Below, piece by piece: positions 27,573-38,103 of a stretch of DNA of 64,000 nt. Position numbers and translations under genes: made by a program. The number at the start of each line of letters is the position of its first letter. Positions within the stretch are counted from its first letter, which is position 1. Under the pieces are notes generated by a model that worked only from the letters and a program-made list of their open reading frames with translations, made no database searches and was not told the DNA's origin. Origin of the DNA: an uncultured Chloroflexia bacterium (GTDB lineage: Bacteria > Chloroflexota > Anaerolineae > JAAYZQ01); NCBI GenBank assembly GCA_963783445.1, contig CAWANP010000008.1, positions 14,986 through 78,985 of the forward strand. Reading direction: 5' to 3'.

Positions 27573-28382
27573 ATATCAAAAAAGGACCAGAAAACAAGAA
27601 AGATGAAACGCAAAGCGTACGAAAAGGAGTTGGCCAGGCTGGAGGTGGAACTGGTCAAGCTCCAGGGGTAGATCAAGAACGAGGGCCTGAAGGTAGCCGT
27701 TATCTTTGAAGGCCGCAATTCGGCCGGCAAGGGAGGGGTCATCAAGCGCATCACCGACCGGCTCAGTCCCCGCGTTGCCCGGGTAGTTGCCCTGCCCGCG
27801 CCGACGGAGAAGGAAAGGACGCAGTGGTATTTCCAGCGTTATGTACCCCACCTGCCATCGGCCGGCGAGATGGTGCTCTTTGACCGGAGCTGGTACAACC
27901 GGGCCGGAGTAGAACGGGTGATGGGCTTCTGCACCGATGAGCAGTACCAGGAGTTCATGGGTACGGTCAACGGCTTTGAGCTGTCCCTGACCCGTTCGGG
28001 GACGACGCTGATCAAGTACTGGCTGGACATCGAGGACGAGACACAGGAAGAGCGATTCGAGCAGCGCATTGAGGACCCGCGCCGCCGCTGGAAGCTGAGC
28101 CCCATGGACCTGGAGGCGCGTTCCCGGTGGGTGGACTATTCCAAGACGCGGGATGCGATGCTGATGCACACTAGCACGGCCCACGCGCCGTGGTACGTCG
28201 TCGATACCAATGTCAAACGGCATGCCCGCCTGAACATCATCAGACACCTGCTGAGCCAGGTCCCCTACGAAGATCTGACGCCCGAACTGTTGGAGTTTCC
28301 ACCGCGGCAGGAAGCCGGGGACTATACACGTCCCGATTTCTCCAAGTCCAATGTCACACTTGTTCCGGCCGCGTATCCGTGA
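27573..28382 (+). pseudogene. ppk2: Polyphosphate kinase 2 (class I) with in-frame TAG at 27669 and apparent ATA start
   Basis: ELVKLQG*IK, FEGRNSAGKGG (Walker A), WYFQRY, FDRSWYNRAG, WKLSPMD, HAPW in one frame. Confidence 0.85.
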
Positions 28383-28637
28383 GGCCCAGGAGGGTGGAAT
28401 TCAAAGCCCCCCCCTGCGGACAGGAGGCATGCGCGGCCGCCGAAGAGAAGAACCAGAAGTTGCCGGAAGAAGTCTCCTTCCGAGGGACGGTGGCCCCAGA
28501 GTGGGATCTAGCGAGCATGAGGCGGCGGTTGGGGGACGTTGATCGGCAAAGACACGCGCCTACAACTAGCAAGCGTTTTGGGAACACAACAACGTGAGCT
28601 TCCGGCTCTGGCAGGCCGGAAAGAGGAGGAAACATAG

Positions 28638-30425
28638 ATGCCAAAATCGATGCTACGCATGTTTGGAATCACCACCATGTTCAAGGGCAGGTTGGTGCTC
28701 TCGCAGGTTCTGCTGTTCCTGTCGGCACTAACCACCATCGGCTTTGCCACACTGACCCAGGGGCTGGTCAACCAGGGGATTGAGGCTGGTGACCCGCGAA
28801 CTCTTTTGAATATCGCCGTCTGGATGTTCGTGCTGGCGGTGATCGCCGGGCTGTGCATGGCTGGGGCAGCCGCCCTGGCAGTCTTTTTCTCCCAGGGAAC
28901 CTCGTACATGATCCGGACCAGACTGTACAAGAAGCTCCAGACCTTCTCCTTTGCCAACTATGACCGATTCTCCACAGGCAGGTTGATGGTCAATCTAAAC
29001 TCTGATGCGATCAATGTCCAGAATGGGATGCTCTGGGCTCTCATGCTGGGACTGTACGCGCCCTTTATGATCCTGTGCACGCTGGTACTGGTCATCATCA
29101 ATACACGGGAGCTGCTGTGGTTGCTGCTGGTGGTGATCGCCGTCGTTCTGGGTACCATGTTTCTCCTCATCCCTGCCGTCTTTCGGGCCTACGAGAACCG
29201 TCAAAAACGGCTCGACGACCTGAACAGTACGCTGCAGGAGGACGTGACCGGTATACAGGTGGTCAAGGCCTTTGTGCGCGAAGACTATGAGATCGAGCGC
29301 TTTAGCAAGCGATCCGATGCCATGCGCGTGCCGGCCTATGGCGCAGCCTGGCGGGTCGCCTTTCTCTCGCCCCTGCTCACCGGACTCGGCCAATTGGCCA
29401 TGCTCTCGGGGGTACTCGTCGGCGGAATGCAGGTACTGAACAATACGGGTCTGAACGTGGGGCAGGTGTTCGCCTTCACCCAGTACCTTTCCCTCACTGT
29501 CGCCCCCCTGGCCATGTTGGCTATCGTCATTCCCATGGTCCTGCGCGGCGACACGTCGGCCGAGCGCATCCTGGAAGTGTACGACAGCGTCCCTGCCGTA
29601 CAGGACCAAGAAGGCGCCCATGCTCTCGATCCAGAAACGGTCAAGGGCCACATTGCCTTCGAGAACGTGTCCTTTGCCTTCCAGCGACCGGATGGCGAAC
29701 TGGATCCCCCGGTGTTGAAAAACATCGACCTCGTCATCAAACCGGGCCAGCAGGTGGGATTTCTGGGTGCGACCGGCGCCGGCAAGTCAGCCCTGGTCAA
29801 CCTGATCCCGCGCTTCTACGACGTCACCGAGGGACGAATCACCATCGACGGTATCGACGTGCGCGACATCCCCCAGGACAACCTGCGCGACATCGTGGGC
29901 ATTGCCCTGCAAGAGGCGGTACTCTTTAAGGGTGACATGCGCTTCAACCTTAAGTTCGGAAATCCCGAGGCGGAGGATGGCGTCATGTTCAACGCGGCCA
30001 AGGCGGCCGACTCCTGGGGTTTTGTTAACCATCTTCCTGAAAAGTGGGAGGCGCCGGTGGCCAGGCGGGGCTACAACTTTTCCGGTGGCCAGCGCCAGCG
30101 CCTGTCGATCAACCGAGCCCTGACACCAGAACCCAAGATCCTGATCCTGGACGACAGCACGAGTGCCCTGGACGCTTCTACCGAGGGTCGCGTGCAGGCA
30201 GAGATCCCCGAGTTTACGCACGGCAGTACGACACTGTACGTCGCCCAGCGCATCAGCGCCGTGATCGAACTGGACAACATCGTGCTCCTGCAGAACGGGG
30301 AAATCGTGGCCATGGGTACCCACGAAGAGTTGCTACAGAGCAGCCCGCTTTACCAGGAAATCTACGAGTCCCAGCTGGGTGGTGCGGTCACGGCTGGAGT
30401 GGGTTTGGAGGAGGTGCCAGCATGA
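28638..30425 (+). CDS. ABC exporter half-transporter (TMD+NBD), degenerate-site subunit of a heterodimer
   Basis: GATGAGKS, FSGGQRQR, ILDDSTS (Glu to Asp), VAQR (His to Gln). Confidence 0.92.
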   Translation: MPKSMLRMFGITTMFKGRLVLSQVLLFLSALTTIGFATLTQGLVNQGIEAGDPRTLLNIAVWMFVLAVIAGLCMAGAAALAVFFSQGTSYMIRTRLYKKLQTFSFANYDRFSTGRLMVNLNSDAINVQNGMLWALMLGLYAPFMILCTLVLVIINTRELLWLLLVVIAVVLGTMFLLIPAVFRAYENRQKRLDDLNSTLQEDVTGIQVVKAFVREDYEIERFSKRSDAMRVPAYGAAWRVAFLSPLLTGLGQLAMLSGVLVGGMQVLNNTGLNVGQVFAFTQYLSLTVAPLAMLAIVIPMVLRGDTSAERILEVYDSVPAVQDQEGAHALDPETVKGHIAFENVSFAFQRPDGELDPPVLKNIDLVIKPGQQVGFLGATGAGKSALVNLIPRFYDVTEGRITIDGIDVRDIPQDNLRDIVGIALQEAVLFKGDMRFNLKFGNPEAEDGVMFNAAKAADSWGFVNHLPEKWEAPVARRGYNFSGGQRQRLSINRALTPEPKILILDDSTSALDASTEGRVQAEIPEFTHGSTTLYVAQRISAVIELDNIVLLQNGEIVAMGTHEELLQSSPLYQEIYESQLGGAVTAGVGLEEVPA

Positions 30426-32297
30426 CGGCAGCAACAGCTACAGCAAACAACAAGTCACTCAGTGCACAAGGAAAAGACAAAGGACAGCAGCGCCGCCATC
30501 AAAGAGAAGAGCACTAGCGGCGCGACCCTGCGGCGGTTGCTGGAGTACATGGCCGGTGGAGAGTCCCGGGGCAAGTTCATCGGGGGGATCCTCGTCCGCG
30601 TGGTGGCCCTGCTCGGCCTGACGGCCATGCCCTTTGTCATCGGCCAGGGGACCAACGTCATCAGCGACCCGGATGGCACCACTGCAGAGCTACTGCAGTG
30701 GGCGATAATCGGGGTCATTGCGGGTGCTGTCTACCTGGCGGGGAGCTTTTTTGCCGATCGAATATTCTCCGACCTGGCGACCAAGGCACTCAGCAAGCTC
30801 CAGATCCATCTATTCTCCCATATGCAGTCCCTGTCGATGGGCTTTTTCTACAGGACGCCTGTGGGCGAGATCCTGAGCAGGGTAACCAACGACGCGGAGG
30901 CCGTGGCGCTGTTCTACGAGTCGGCAGTCGGCCAACTCGTACGCGCGGTCCTGCAGATCCTCATGATTCTGGTCGTGATGTTCGCCATCCAATGGCAGTT
31001 GACCCTCGTCGCCCTGTTCGTCGTACCGGTGATGCTGCTCTCGATGTATGTGATTTCGCAGGTCTCCACACCCGCGTTTGCCATGCTTCAGGAGCAGCTG
31101 GGGGAGACCAGCGGTTTCCAGGAAGAAACCCTGGCCGGGCACAAGGTGATCATCAGCAAACGGCGCCAGGACTGGTCCGACGCAGAAAACGAAGCCAACG
31201 CCGCCGAAGTGTTTCAGACCGGCAGCAGAGCCTTCTTTACCTCGCTCATGCAGTATCCGCTAACGCTGAGCCTGAGCTACGTCCAGGTCGTCCTCGTCAT
31301 GGCCGCCGGCGGATTGATGGTGATCGCGGGAGTCTCGACGCTGGGCGTCGTGATGGCTTTTTCCGGCTATGTGGCCCTGCTGACATCGCCCCTGTCGCAG
31401 ATAGCCAACCTGGTTTCGAATGCACTCAACGCGGCGGCCGGTGGCGAGCGAATATTCGAGGTCATCGACCAGGTGCCAGACATCGAAGACGCGCCCGACG
31501 CCGTTGACTATGAGTTCAAGGGCGGGCACATCCAGTTCATCGACGTCGACTTTGGCTACGTTCCCGGGCAAAAGATCCTGCGCAACAACAACTTTGACGT
31601 CCAGCCCGGCGAAAGCATCGGTATCTGCGGCCCCACGGGCGCGGGCAAGAGCACGATCATCAACATCCTGACCCGCTACTATGACGTGGACAGCGGCACC
31701 ATCCTCATCGATGGCCAGAACCTGGGCCAACTGACACGGGATAGTCTGCGCAAGCAGATCGGTGCAGTCCTACAGGAAGCGTTCCTGTTCACCGACACGG
31801 TGATGAACAACCTGAAATATGCCCGCAAAGGGGCCACCGACGAGGACTGCATCGAGGCAGCCAAGAAGGCCAACGCCCACGACTTTATCGTGCACCTGCC
31901 CCAGGGCTACGACACGATGCTGACCGAGCGCGGGGCCAACCTCAGCCAGGGGCAGCGGCAGATGATCACCATCGCCCGGGCCATGGTGGCCGACCCCAAG
32001 ATCATGATCCTGGACGAGGCCACCAGCAACGTGGACACCCGGACCGAAAAGCTGATCCAGGAGGGCTTGAGGAACCTGATGGAGGGCAAGACTAGCTTTT
32101 CCATCGCCCACCGGCTGGCCACCATCCGAGACTCGCACCGGATCATGGTCGTCAACGGCGGCGAGATCGAAGAGATGGCATCGCACGATGAGCTGATGGC
32201 CGAGCGAGGCTTCTACTATGCCCTGTACATGAGCCAGTTCAAGGGCAAGGCTCCAGCCGGCTCCGAAGAGTCGGACGTGGACTTTGTGAGTACCTAG
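30422..32297 (+). CDS. ABC exporter half-transporter, consensus-site subunit; probable frameshift near 30445-30480 (ATG 30422 overlaps upstream stop)
   Basis: GPTGAGKS, LSQGQRQ, ILDEATS, IAHRL; main ORF 30462-32297. Confidence 0.9.
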
Positions 32298-32300
32298 ATA

Positions 32301-32347
32301 AGATTGTGTTGGGGTGGGGTAGGCGCTGCCCCACCCCAACACAATCT
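32301..32347. terminator. Long perfect hairpin after ABC operon
   Basis: AGATTGTGTTGGGGTGGGG...CCCCACCCCAACACAATCT. Confidence 0.75.
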
Positions 32348-32432
32348 GAAGATACGCACATCTTTCAAGCCTGTGACTATTGCCCTGATTCGACGACCTC
32401 CTTGATTCCCCTCTGACAGTCGGAGTAGCCAG

Positions 32433-32462
32433 TTGACACTAGGCAGCTGAGTAGTGTATACT
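32433..32462 (+). promoter_or_regulatory. sigma70 promoter for the channel/DUF2252 genes
   Basis: TTGACA-18bp-TATACT. Confidence 0.55.
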
Positions 32463-32496
32463 GTGTACCGTCGAATAGTCCTGAAAAGAGTGTTTC

Positions 32497-33633
32497 GTGA
32501 ACCAAGAACCGGCGGTCCACAGTACCACACTTCGACCGGCAGTCTGCGTGATACTGGCTCTTACACTCGCTACTGCCCTAGCCAATGTGGCCTACGCCCT
32601 GTCGCCAGAAGCTGATGGTCAGATTACTCAGGACGAGCAGCCCCTGCGCGTGGTGACCAAAGAGATCGAACCCTTTGTCATCAAGGACGGCGACCGGCTC
32701 ACCGGGTTCAGCATCGACCTGTGGAATGAGATTGCCCTTCTAACTGGCCTCGCTTTCGAGTACATCGAGGTGGAGTCGGTTGGCGAGCAGTTGGAGGCTG
32801 TGGAGCAGGGGCAGGCCGATGTGGGCATTGCCGCCATCAGCATAACGGCCAAGCGCGAGGAAGCGCTTGATTTCTCGCATCCCTACTACAACTCTGGATT
32901 GCAGGTCATGACGGCCACAAGTGCCAAAACGCGCCTACTCACAGTGCTGGCCAATGTGCTGTCCTCCAGGCTACTACCTGTCCTCGGGGTCATGGCCCTA
33001 TTCATCGTGATCGCCGGTCACCTCGTCTGGCTGTTCGAGCGCGGGGACAACCCGGACTTTCCAAGGGAGTACCTGCCAGGGGTGTGGGCGGGTATCTGGT
33101 GGGCGTCGGTCTCGGTCACAACCGTTGGCTACGGCGACCTGAAGGTCCGGCGGGTGCTAGGCCGGATGCTGGGGATCGTGTGGATGTTCTTCGGCCTGGT
33201 TCTTATTGCCGGTTTCACAGCCACAGTGACCGCTGAACTCACTGTCGCTCAGTTCACCTCCACGATTCAGGACGCCGACGACCTGCGCGGGCATCGGGTG
33301 GCCACGGTTGAGGGTACCACCTCAGCCGAGTACTTGGCCAACCAGCGCATCCCCTACGTCGGCGTGGAGGACATCGAGAGCGCGTATGCTATGCTTTACG
33401 GCGGGGCGATCGATGCCATCGTCTATGACGCACCGGTTTTGGCTCACTATGCGTCCACCACGGACGAATATCGATTCTTCCTGGTGGGGGCGCCCATCAA
33501 GGAGGAGAACTATGGCATCGCCCTGCCTCCGGAAAGTCCCCATGAGGAGTTGATCAACCAAGCCCTCCTGGAACTGATGGAGAATGGCACCTACGACGAG
33601 TTGCAGAGAACCTGGTTTGGAATCGAAAAGTAG
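32497..33633 (+). CDS. GluR0-like ligand-gated K+ channel (split amino-acid-binding domain + pore with TTVGYGD)
   Basis: EPFV...GFSIDLW, ISITAKREEALDFSHPY (S1), TM1, WWASVSVTTVGYGD filter, TM2, GTTS...YDAPVL...YGIA (S2). Confidence 0.88.
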   Translation: MNQEPAVHSTTLRPAVCVILALTLATALANVAYALSPEADGQITQDEQPLRVVTKEIEPFVIKDGDRLTGFSIDLWNEIALLTGLAFEYIEVESVGEQLEAVEQGQADVGIAAISITAKREEALDFSHPYYNSGLQVMTATSAKTRLLTVLANVLSSRLLPVLGVMALFIVIAGHLVWLFERGDNPDFPREYLPGVWAGIWWASVSVTTVGYGDLKVRRVLGRMLGIVWMFFGLVLIAGFTATVTAELTVAQFTSTIQDADDLRGHRVATVEGTTSAEYLANQRIPYVGVEDIESAYAMLYGGAIDAIVYDAPVLAHYASTTDEYRFFLVGAPIKEENYGIALPPESPHEELINQALLELMENGTYDELQRTWFGIEK

Positions 33634-33683
33634 CTAGACCCACTGTGGACGACCTGCCAGATTGCCAAGAAAGGAAACGGCCC

Positions 33684-35105
33684 ATGACAGAGGACATACA
33701 AAACTCACTAAGCCAGTCCCGTTCAGATCGCAGAGAAGCGGGCAAAGCGCTTCGTGAGAAGGCGCCGCGTAGCAGCCACGGAAGCTGGGCGCCCGCCGTC
33801 GACCGGCCGGATCCCATCGGCCTGCTACAGGCCCAGGATGAGGGCCGTATCGAGCACCTGCTGCCCATCAAGTACGGCCGCATGCTCGAGTCGCCCTTTG
33901 CTTTTCTGCGCGGCTCGGCGGTGGTGATGGCTGCCGATCTGGCCGCCACACCCGTCACAGGCCTGAAGGCCGTACTATGTGGCGACGCCCATTTGTCCAA
34001 TTTCGGCCTGTTTGCCACACCGGAGCGCCAACTCGTTTTCGACATCAATGACTTTGACGAAAGCTATCCAGGTCCCTGGGAGTGGGACCTCAAGCGGCTG
34101 GCAGCCAGCGCCGTAGTGGCCGGCCGCGAGAATGGGTTCAGCGAAAAGACCTGCCGGCGGATGGCGGTTACCATTACCGAGACCTATCGCACCGCCATGG
34201 AGCGCTTTAGCCAGATGCACGTCCTGGATGTGTGGTACTACCACGTGGATGCGGAGGCGGTTCTGGCCGTCTTTGAAACAACTTCCTCGCGAAAAGCGGA
34301 GAAACACGCTCAGAAACTGATCAAGAAGGCACGCTCCCGAACACAGGAGCAGACCATGGAAAAGCTCACCCGAGTCGAAGCGGGACAGCGACGGATCATC
34401 AGTAATCCGCCACTGCTGGTGCCTCTGCGTGAAATGGGCCTTGAACAGATTCTGAATGACGAGGATCGGCGCCAGATGAGGGAGAAGGCCGTCGAAGACA
34501 ATTGGGCCCAATACCTGGACAGCCTGCCAGCCGAGCGGCGCTACCTCTTGCAGCAGTTCCGGTTGGTGGATGCCGCCCTGCGGGTGGGGGGGGTGGGCAG
34601 TGTGGGCACCCGTTGCTCGATCGTGCTCCTGGAGGGAAGGGGTGGAGATGACTATCTGCTGCTACAGCTCAAGGAGGCCGGTTCTTCAGTTTTGGAACAA
34701 TATGTGGACAGGCGCGGCTCAATGCAACAGGCGGAACGGGTGGTGACTGGACAGCGGCTTATGCAGGCCTCCAGCGACATCTTTCTTGGGTGGCACAGGA
34801 GCACAGTCTCGGACCGGGACTATTACTGGCGCCAGCTCAAGGATATGAAAGGCTCGGCCGACGTGGGAGCTATGGACGAAGAAACCTTCACGACCTACGT
34901 GGCATTGTGTAGCTGGTGCCTGGCCCGCGCCCACGCGCGGACCGGCGAAGAAACCAGCATTCTGGGCTACATGGGCAAGAATGACACTTTCCCCAAGGCC
35001 ATCGCCGATTTTGCCGTGGCCTATGCCGACCAGACCGAGCGCGACTACCAATCGCTGGTGGAAGCGGTCAAGTCCGGGCGCGTAGCGGCCGAAACTGGCG
35101 TGTAA
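33684..35105 (+). CDS. DUF2252 family protein (kinase-like fold)
   Basis: YGRMLESPFAFLRG, CGDAHLSNFG, FDINDFDE, WEWDLKRL, GVGSVGTR, LQLKEA, LARAHARTG. Confidence 0.9.
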   Translation: MTEDIQNSLSQSRSDRREAGKALREKAPRSSHGSWAPAVDRPDPIGLLQAQDEGRIEHLLPIKYGRMLESPFAFLRGSAVVMAADLAATPVTGLKAVLCGDAHLSNFGLFATPERQLVFDINDFDESYPGPWEWDLKRLAASAVVAGRENGFSEKTCRRMAVTITETYRTAMERFSQMHVLDVWYYHVDAEAVLAVFETTSSRKAEKHAQKLIKKARSRTQEQTMEKLTRVEAGQRRIISNPPLLVPLREMGLEQILNDEDRRQMREKAVEDNWAQYLDSLPAERRYLLQQFRLVDAALRVGGVGSVGTRCSIVLLEGRGGDDYLLLQLKEAGSSVLEQYVDRRGSMQQAERVVTGQRLMQASSDIFLGWHRSTVSDRDYYWRQLKDMKGSADVGAMDEETFTTYVALCSWCLARAHARTGEETSILGYMGKNDTFPKAIADFAVAYADQTERDYQSLVEAVKSGRVAAETGV

Positions 35106-35413
35106 GTCGGGACGAGGACCCGCTGATGTTGTCGCTTGCGTTTCTGTCTTTTGCGGTCAGCCGCCAGGTACAGACAGCGCACCACATTGAGGGTCATCAA
35201 GCGCCAGTAGGCAACAACGAAGGTTCGCGGTGAGCAGCCTTTGACAGATCCTTCGCGGACTCGGGACAAGCTCAGGACATGCTTTCGCGCCCTGATAGGC
35301 GCGAGAATACCAAGAAGAACGGCACCAAAGTGCCCACTACGAACGGGTACTGTAGTTTACTGTTAATGCAGCGCATTTGAGTTATCACATGATCTGGGAA
35401 GGAAAAGCCTAGC

Positions 35414-37849
35414 ATGGCGCACGTTTCGCACAAACTATCCAATTCTGTTGAAGGCGCACTGGCCGGGGGAGGCGATCCGGCGACCTCACCTCTGTATGTC
35501 TTTGGGCCTTTTCTCAGGCTGATCGTCGTCGGCGGGGTGGCTGCCGTAACCTTTGGGACCACCATCTGGCTGGTGGTCTTTACCATCGCCATGGTGTCGG
35601 CAATGTATCGCCTGGTGATGCTGTGGGTGACCGACGGCAGTGGCGGAACCGGCCTGAGCGAGGAGGAGTTCGGGGGCTGGGCGGCCAAGGTCAACGCTGC
35701 AATCACTTTTGTGGAGTATACTCTGACCTTCCTGGTGAGCATGGCCGCCCTGGTCACGTTCCTCGCCGACCGCCTGCCCATGCTGAACGAGTCGGTCTTG
35801 GGCATCCAGTACCGGACCCTGGTGGCCATTCTGCTGAGCCTCGCCATCGGCTATCTGGTCAACCGCGGACCCAAAACCTCGGCCTTTGTCTTTGGTCCGG
35901 CCACGGCGGGTGTCCTGATCCTGCTGTGGGCCATGATCGGCGCCACAATCTGGCAGTATGGCCTTCATCTGCCTACCCTCAATCTGCAGGCATTCACGGG
36001 CGAGTACCTTCACTTTACCTTTGGGGGCTTTACCCGCATGCTGGCCGTGATGACGGGCATCGAGGTCTTTGCCAACCTGGTGGCTGCCTACGGGGGACAG
36101 CCCCGCCAGCGCAGCAACAAGGCATTCGGCAGCTTGTTGATCATTATGGGCACCACAGCGGTGACGATGTTGATTGTCGGACCGGCCATCGCCAACCTCT
36201 CGGATCCCACCGACCTGCACGTCTCAGTATTCACCCAGACGATGGACCAGCTCTTGCCGGCACCGCTGCCCTACCTGGGCACGCTGGTCAGTGTACTGGT
36301 CCTGGGATCGGCTGCCGCGGCCAGCTCCCAGGGATTGCAGAATCTGGCGCTGGGCCTAAAAAATCGGAACTATGTCCCCGCTTCCCTGGGCCAACAGAAT
36401 CGCTTTGGCGTGGCCGACAAGCCGGTGTGGCTGGAGGTGGGTCTGGTGACGCTCATCTTTTTGGTGGCGGGCACGAACGAAGAGACCTACCTGGCCATCT
36501 ATGCCGCAGGCGTATTCGTCCTTTTGAGCATGACCGGTTGGGCGGCCTCCAAGCGCCTGGTACGGGAACTGCGCCAGGGTTTCTCGGCATCGTACATGGC
36601 CATGCTGGTTGGTACGGTACTGGCAGCAAGTATCACCACAGCCGCCACGGTAGTCATCTTTCAGGAGCGATTCTTTGAGGGCGCCTGGACCTATTTTGTT
36701 TTCATCCCTGTACTCTTTGGGGCCTTTACCTACGTTCGCGGGCGGCTTGGCGCTCCCAGTTCTCTGGCAGAGCAGCTAGGCGAACTGGAAGGGGCCATGC
36801 TGGGCGGCTTTGGCTTTGGACAATCCTTTGCCGCTGAGGCTGCTGGCATGGCTGGTACGGTCAGCCTGCCGGCTACTTTTTCTTTCCAGGAGGGGGAGGC
36901 TGTTATTGCGGCTCCCAGCCACCTCTGGCAGCAGGCTCGCGGGACACCCGACCACGTCCTGGTGACCCTGGATGGTTCGGACTTTGCGGAACAGGCACTT
37001 CCGGCAGCAGAATCGATCTGCATAGCCTTCAATGCTCGGTTGACGCTGGTTTCCGTGCTCTCGAAGCAACCTCGTTTCTGGCCCTTTGGCCGCTCCAAGG
37101 AGCCAGGCAGCAGGCGCCGGGAGACCGAAGCCTATCTGAAGGCCGTGGCAAAACGGATGCAGGCTAAGGAGATTGACACAGCCTACTCGGTGCTAAGAGG
37201 GCCGGTAGTCAAGTCGGTCAACCAACTCATGCAGGAACAGTCCATTGACATGTCCATCATCTGCACGCACGGCCGGTCTGGGATACAGCGCTGGGTGCTG
37301 GGCAGTGTGGCAACCGACCTGATCCAAAGCGTGACCGAGCCGGTGCTTATCATCCATCCTGCTCCTGAAGGCCCACCGCCGGTGCCGGATTTTGGGAAGC
37401 TGCTGGTGGCGCTGGACGGTTCCGAGTTCGCAGAGCGGGTCCTGCCCATGGTACGAGCCTCGGCCATGTATGGAAGCGTTGTCCTGCTGTTGCGGGTGCC
37501 GGAGGTACCCAGACCGCAGCGGTTCGGCACCATGACGGAGGAGATCGAGCGGCTAAGAGCTGAGGCCGAAGCCGAAGCCTCCCAGTACCTGGAGGGAATT
37601 GCGGCCGCCCTGCGGCAAGAGGGGATCGAGACTCACGTGCTGGTCGCCGGGTCGCGACCGGCGGAGAAGATCATCCAGGTAGCCGAGGTGGAGGACGTCG
37701 ACGTGATCATGCTCTCCACCCATGGCCAGGGGGAAATGCAGGGACTGCTGATGGGCAGCGTGGCCGACCGCGTGGTGCAACAGACCCACCGCCCGGTCCT
37801 GCTGGCGCCCATTCAGGAACGAAGATCGTCTGAATCTTCAGAATCATGA
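35414..37849 (+). CDS. APC-fold KimA/KUP-like transporter fused to two universal stress protein (USP) domains
   Basis: TM1 GDPATSPLY, GSGG, VEYTLT, MTGIEVFAN; C-terminal LVTLDGSDFAE...THGRSG...LGSVA and LVALDGSEFAE...THGQG...MGSVA. Confidence 0.82.
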   Translation: MAHVSHKLSNSVEGALAGGGDPATSPLYVFGPFLRLIVVGGVAAVTFGTTIWLVVFTIAMVSAMYRLVMLWVTDGSGGTGLSEEEFGGWAAKVNAAITFVEYTLTFLVSMAALVTFLADRLPMLNESVLGIQYRTLVAILLSLAIGYLVNRGPKTSAFVFGPATAGVLILLWAMIGATIWQYGLHLPTLNLQAFTGEYLHFTFGGFTRMLAVMTGIEVFANLVAAYGGQPRQRSNKAFGSLLIIMGTTAVTMLIVGPAIANLSDPTDLHVSVFTQTMDQLLPAPLPYLGTLVSVLVLGSAAAASSQGLQNLALGLKNRNYVPASLGQQNRFGVADKPVWLEVGLVTLIFLVAGTNEETYLAIYAAGVFVLLSMTGWAASKRLVRELRQGFSASYMAMLVGTVLAASITTAATVVIFQERFFEGAWTYFVFIPVLFGAFTYVRGRLGAPSSLAEQLGELEGAMLGGFGFGQSFAAEAAGMAGTVSLPATFSFQEGEAVIAAPSHLWQQARGTPDHVLVTLDGSDFAEQALPAAESICIAFNARLTLVSVLSKQPRFWPFGRSKEPGSRRRETEAYLKAVAKRMQAKEIDTAYSVLRGPVVKSVNQLMQEQSIDMSIICTHGRSGIQRWVLGSVATDLIQSVTEPVLIIHPAPEGPPPVPDFGKLLVALDGSEFAERVLPMVRASAMYGSVVLLLRVPEVPRPQRFGTMTEEIERLRAEAEAEASQYLEGIAAALRQEGIETHVLVAGSRPAEKIIQVAEVEDVDVIMLSTHGQGEMQGLLMGSVADRVVQQTHRPVLLAPIQERRSSESSES

Positions 37850-38103
37850 TCCGGAGCAGGCGCACACCGTAAAACTTAATCCTGTCAACCTGCGACTGCG
37901 CTCAGGACATGCTTCATTTCACTCAGGATGGCGGCTGCCCGAAAGCAGGATTCTTTCACCTGGAGTGGCGCCCCGGGCCATGGATCACTCAGATGTGCGC
38001 TGAAGCGTATCCTGAGCGAAGCCAAAGAGCGCGCAATACAGACGATGCCCGTCTCATTGCCCAAATTGACGCGAGAGGAATCCAAAGTAGGAGGCATTGG
38101 ACT

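Noticed and set aside
27669-27671. In-frame TAG in ppk2 as pyrrolysine
   Set aside because: It replaces a normally conserved Trp and comes with other lesions; the MttB in this window is non-Pyl and no pyl genes are seen.
28429-28542. Small ORF MRGRRREE... after ppk2
   Set aside because: AGGAGG is only 1 nt from the ATG and there are no recognisable features.
35106-35413. c-di-AMP (ydaO) riboswitch upstream of the KimA-like transporter
   Set aside because: Conserved ydaO elements were not recognised by eye and the region mainly holds a REP-like half copy; an Rfam scan would settle it.
35623-36678. 351-aa alternate-frame ORF and many similar long shadow or antisense ORFs
   Set aside because: They overlap well-supported genes, are Arg/Gly/Pro-rich and lack motifs, as expected in GC-rich DNA.
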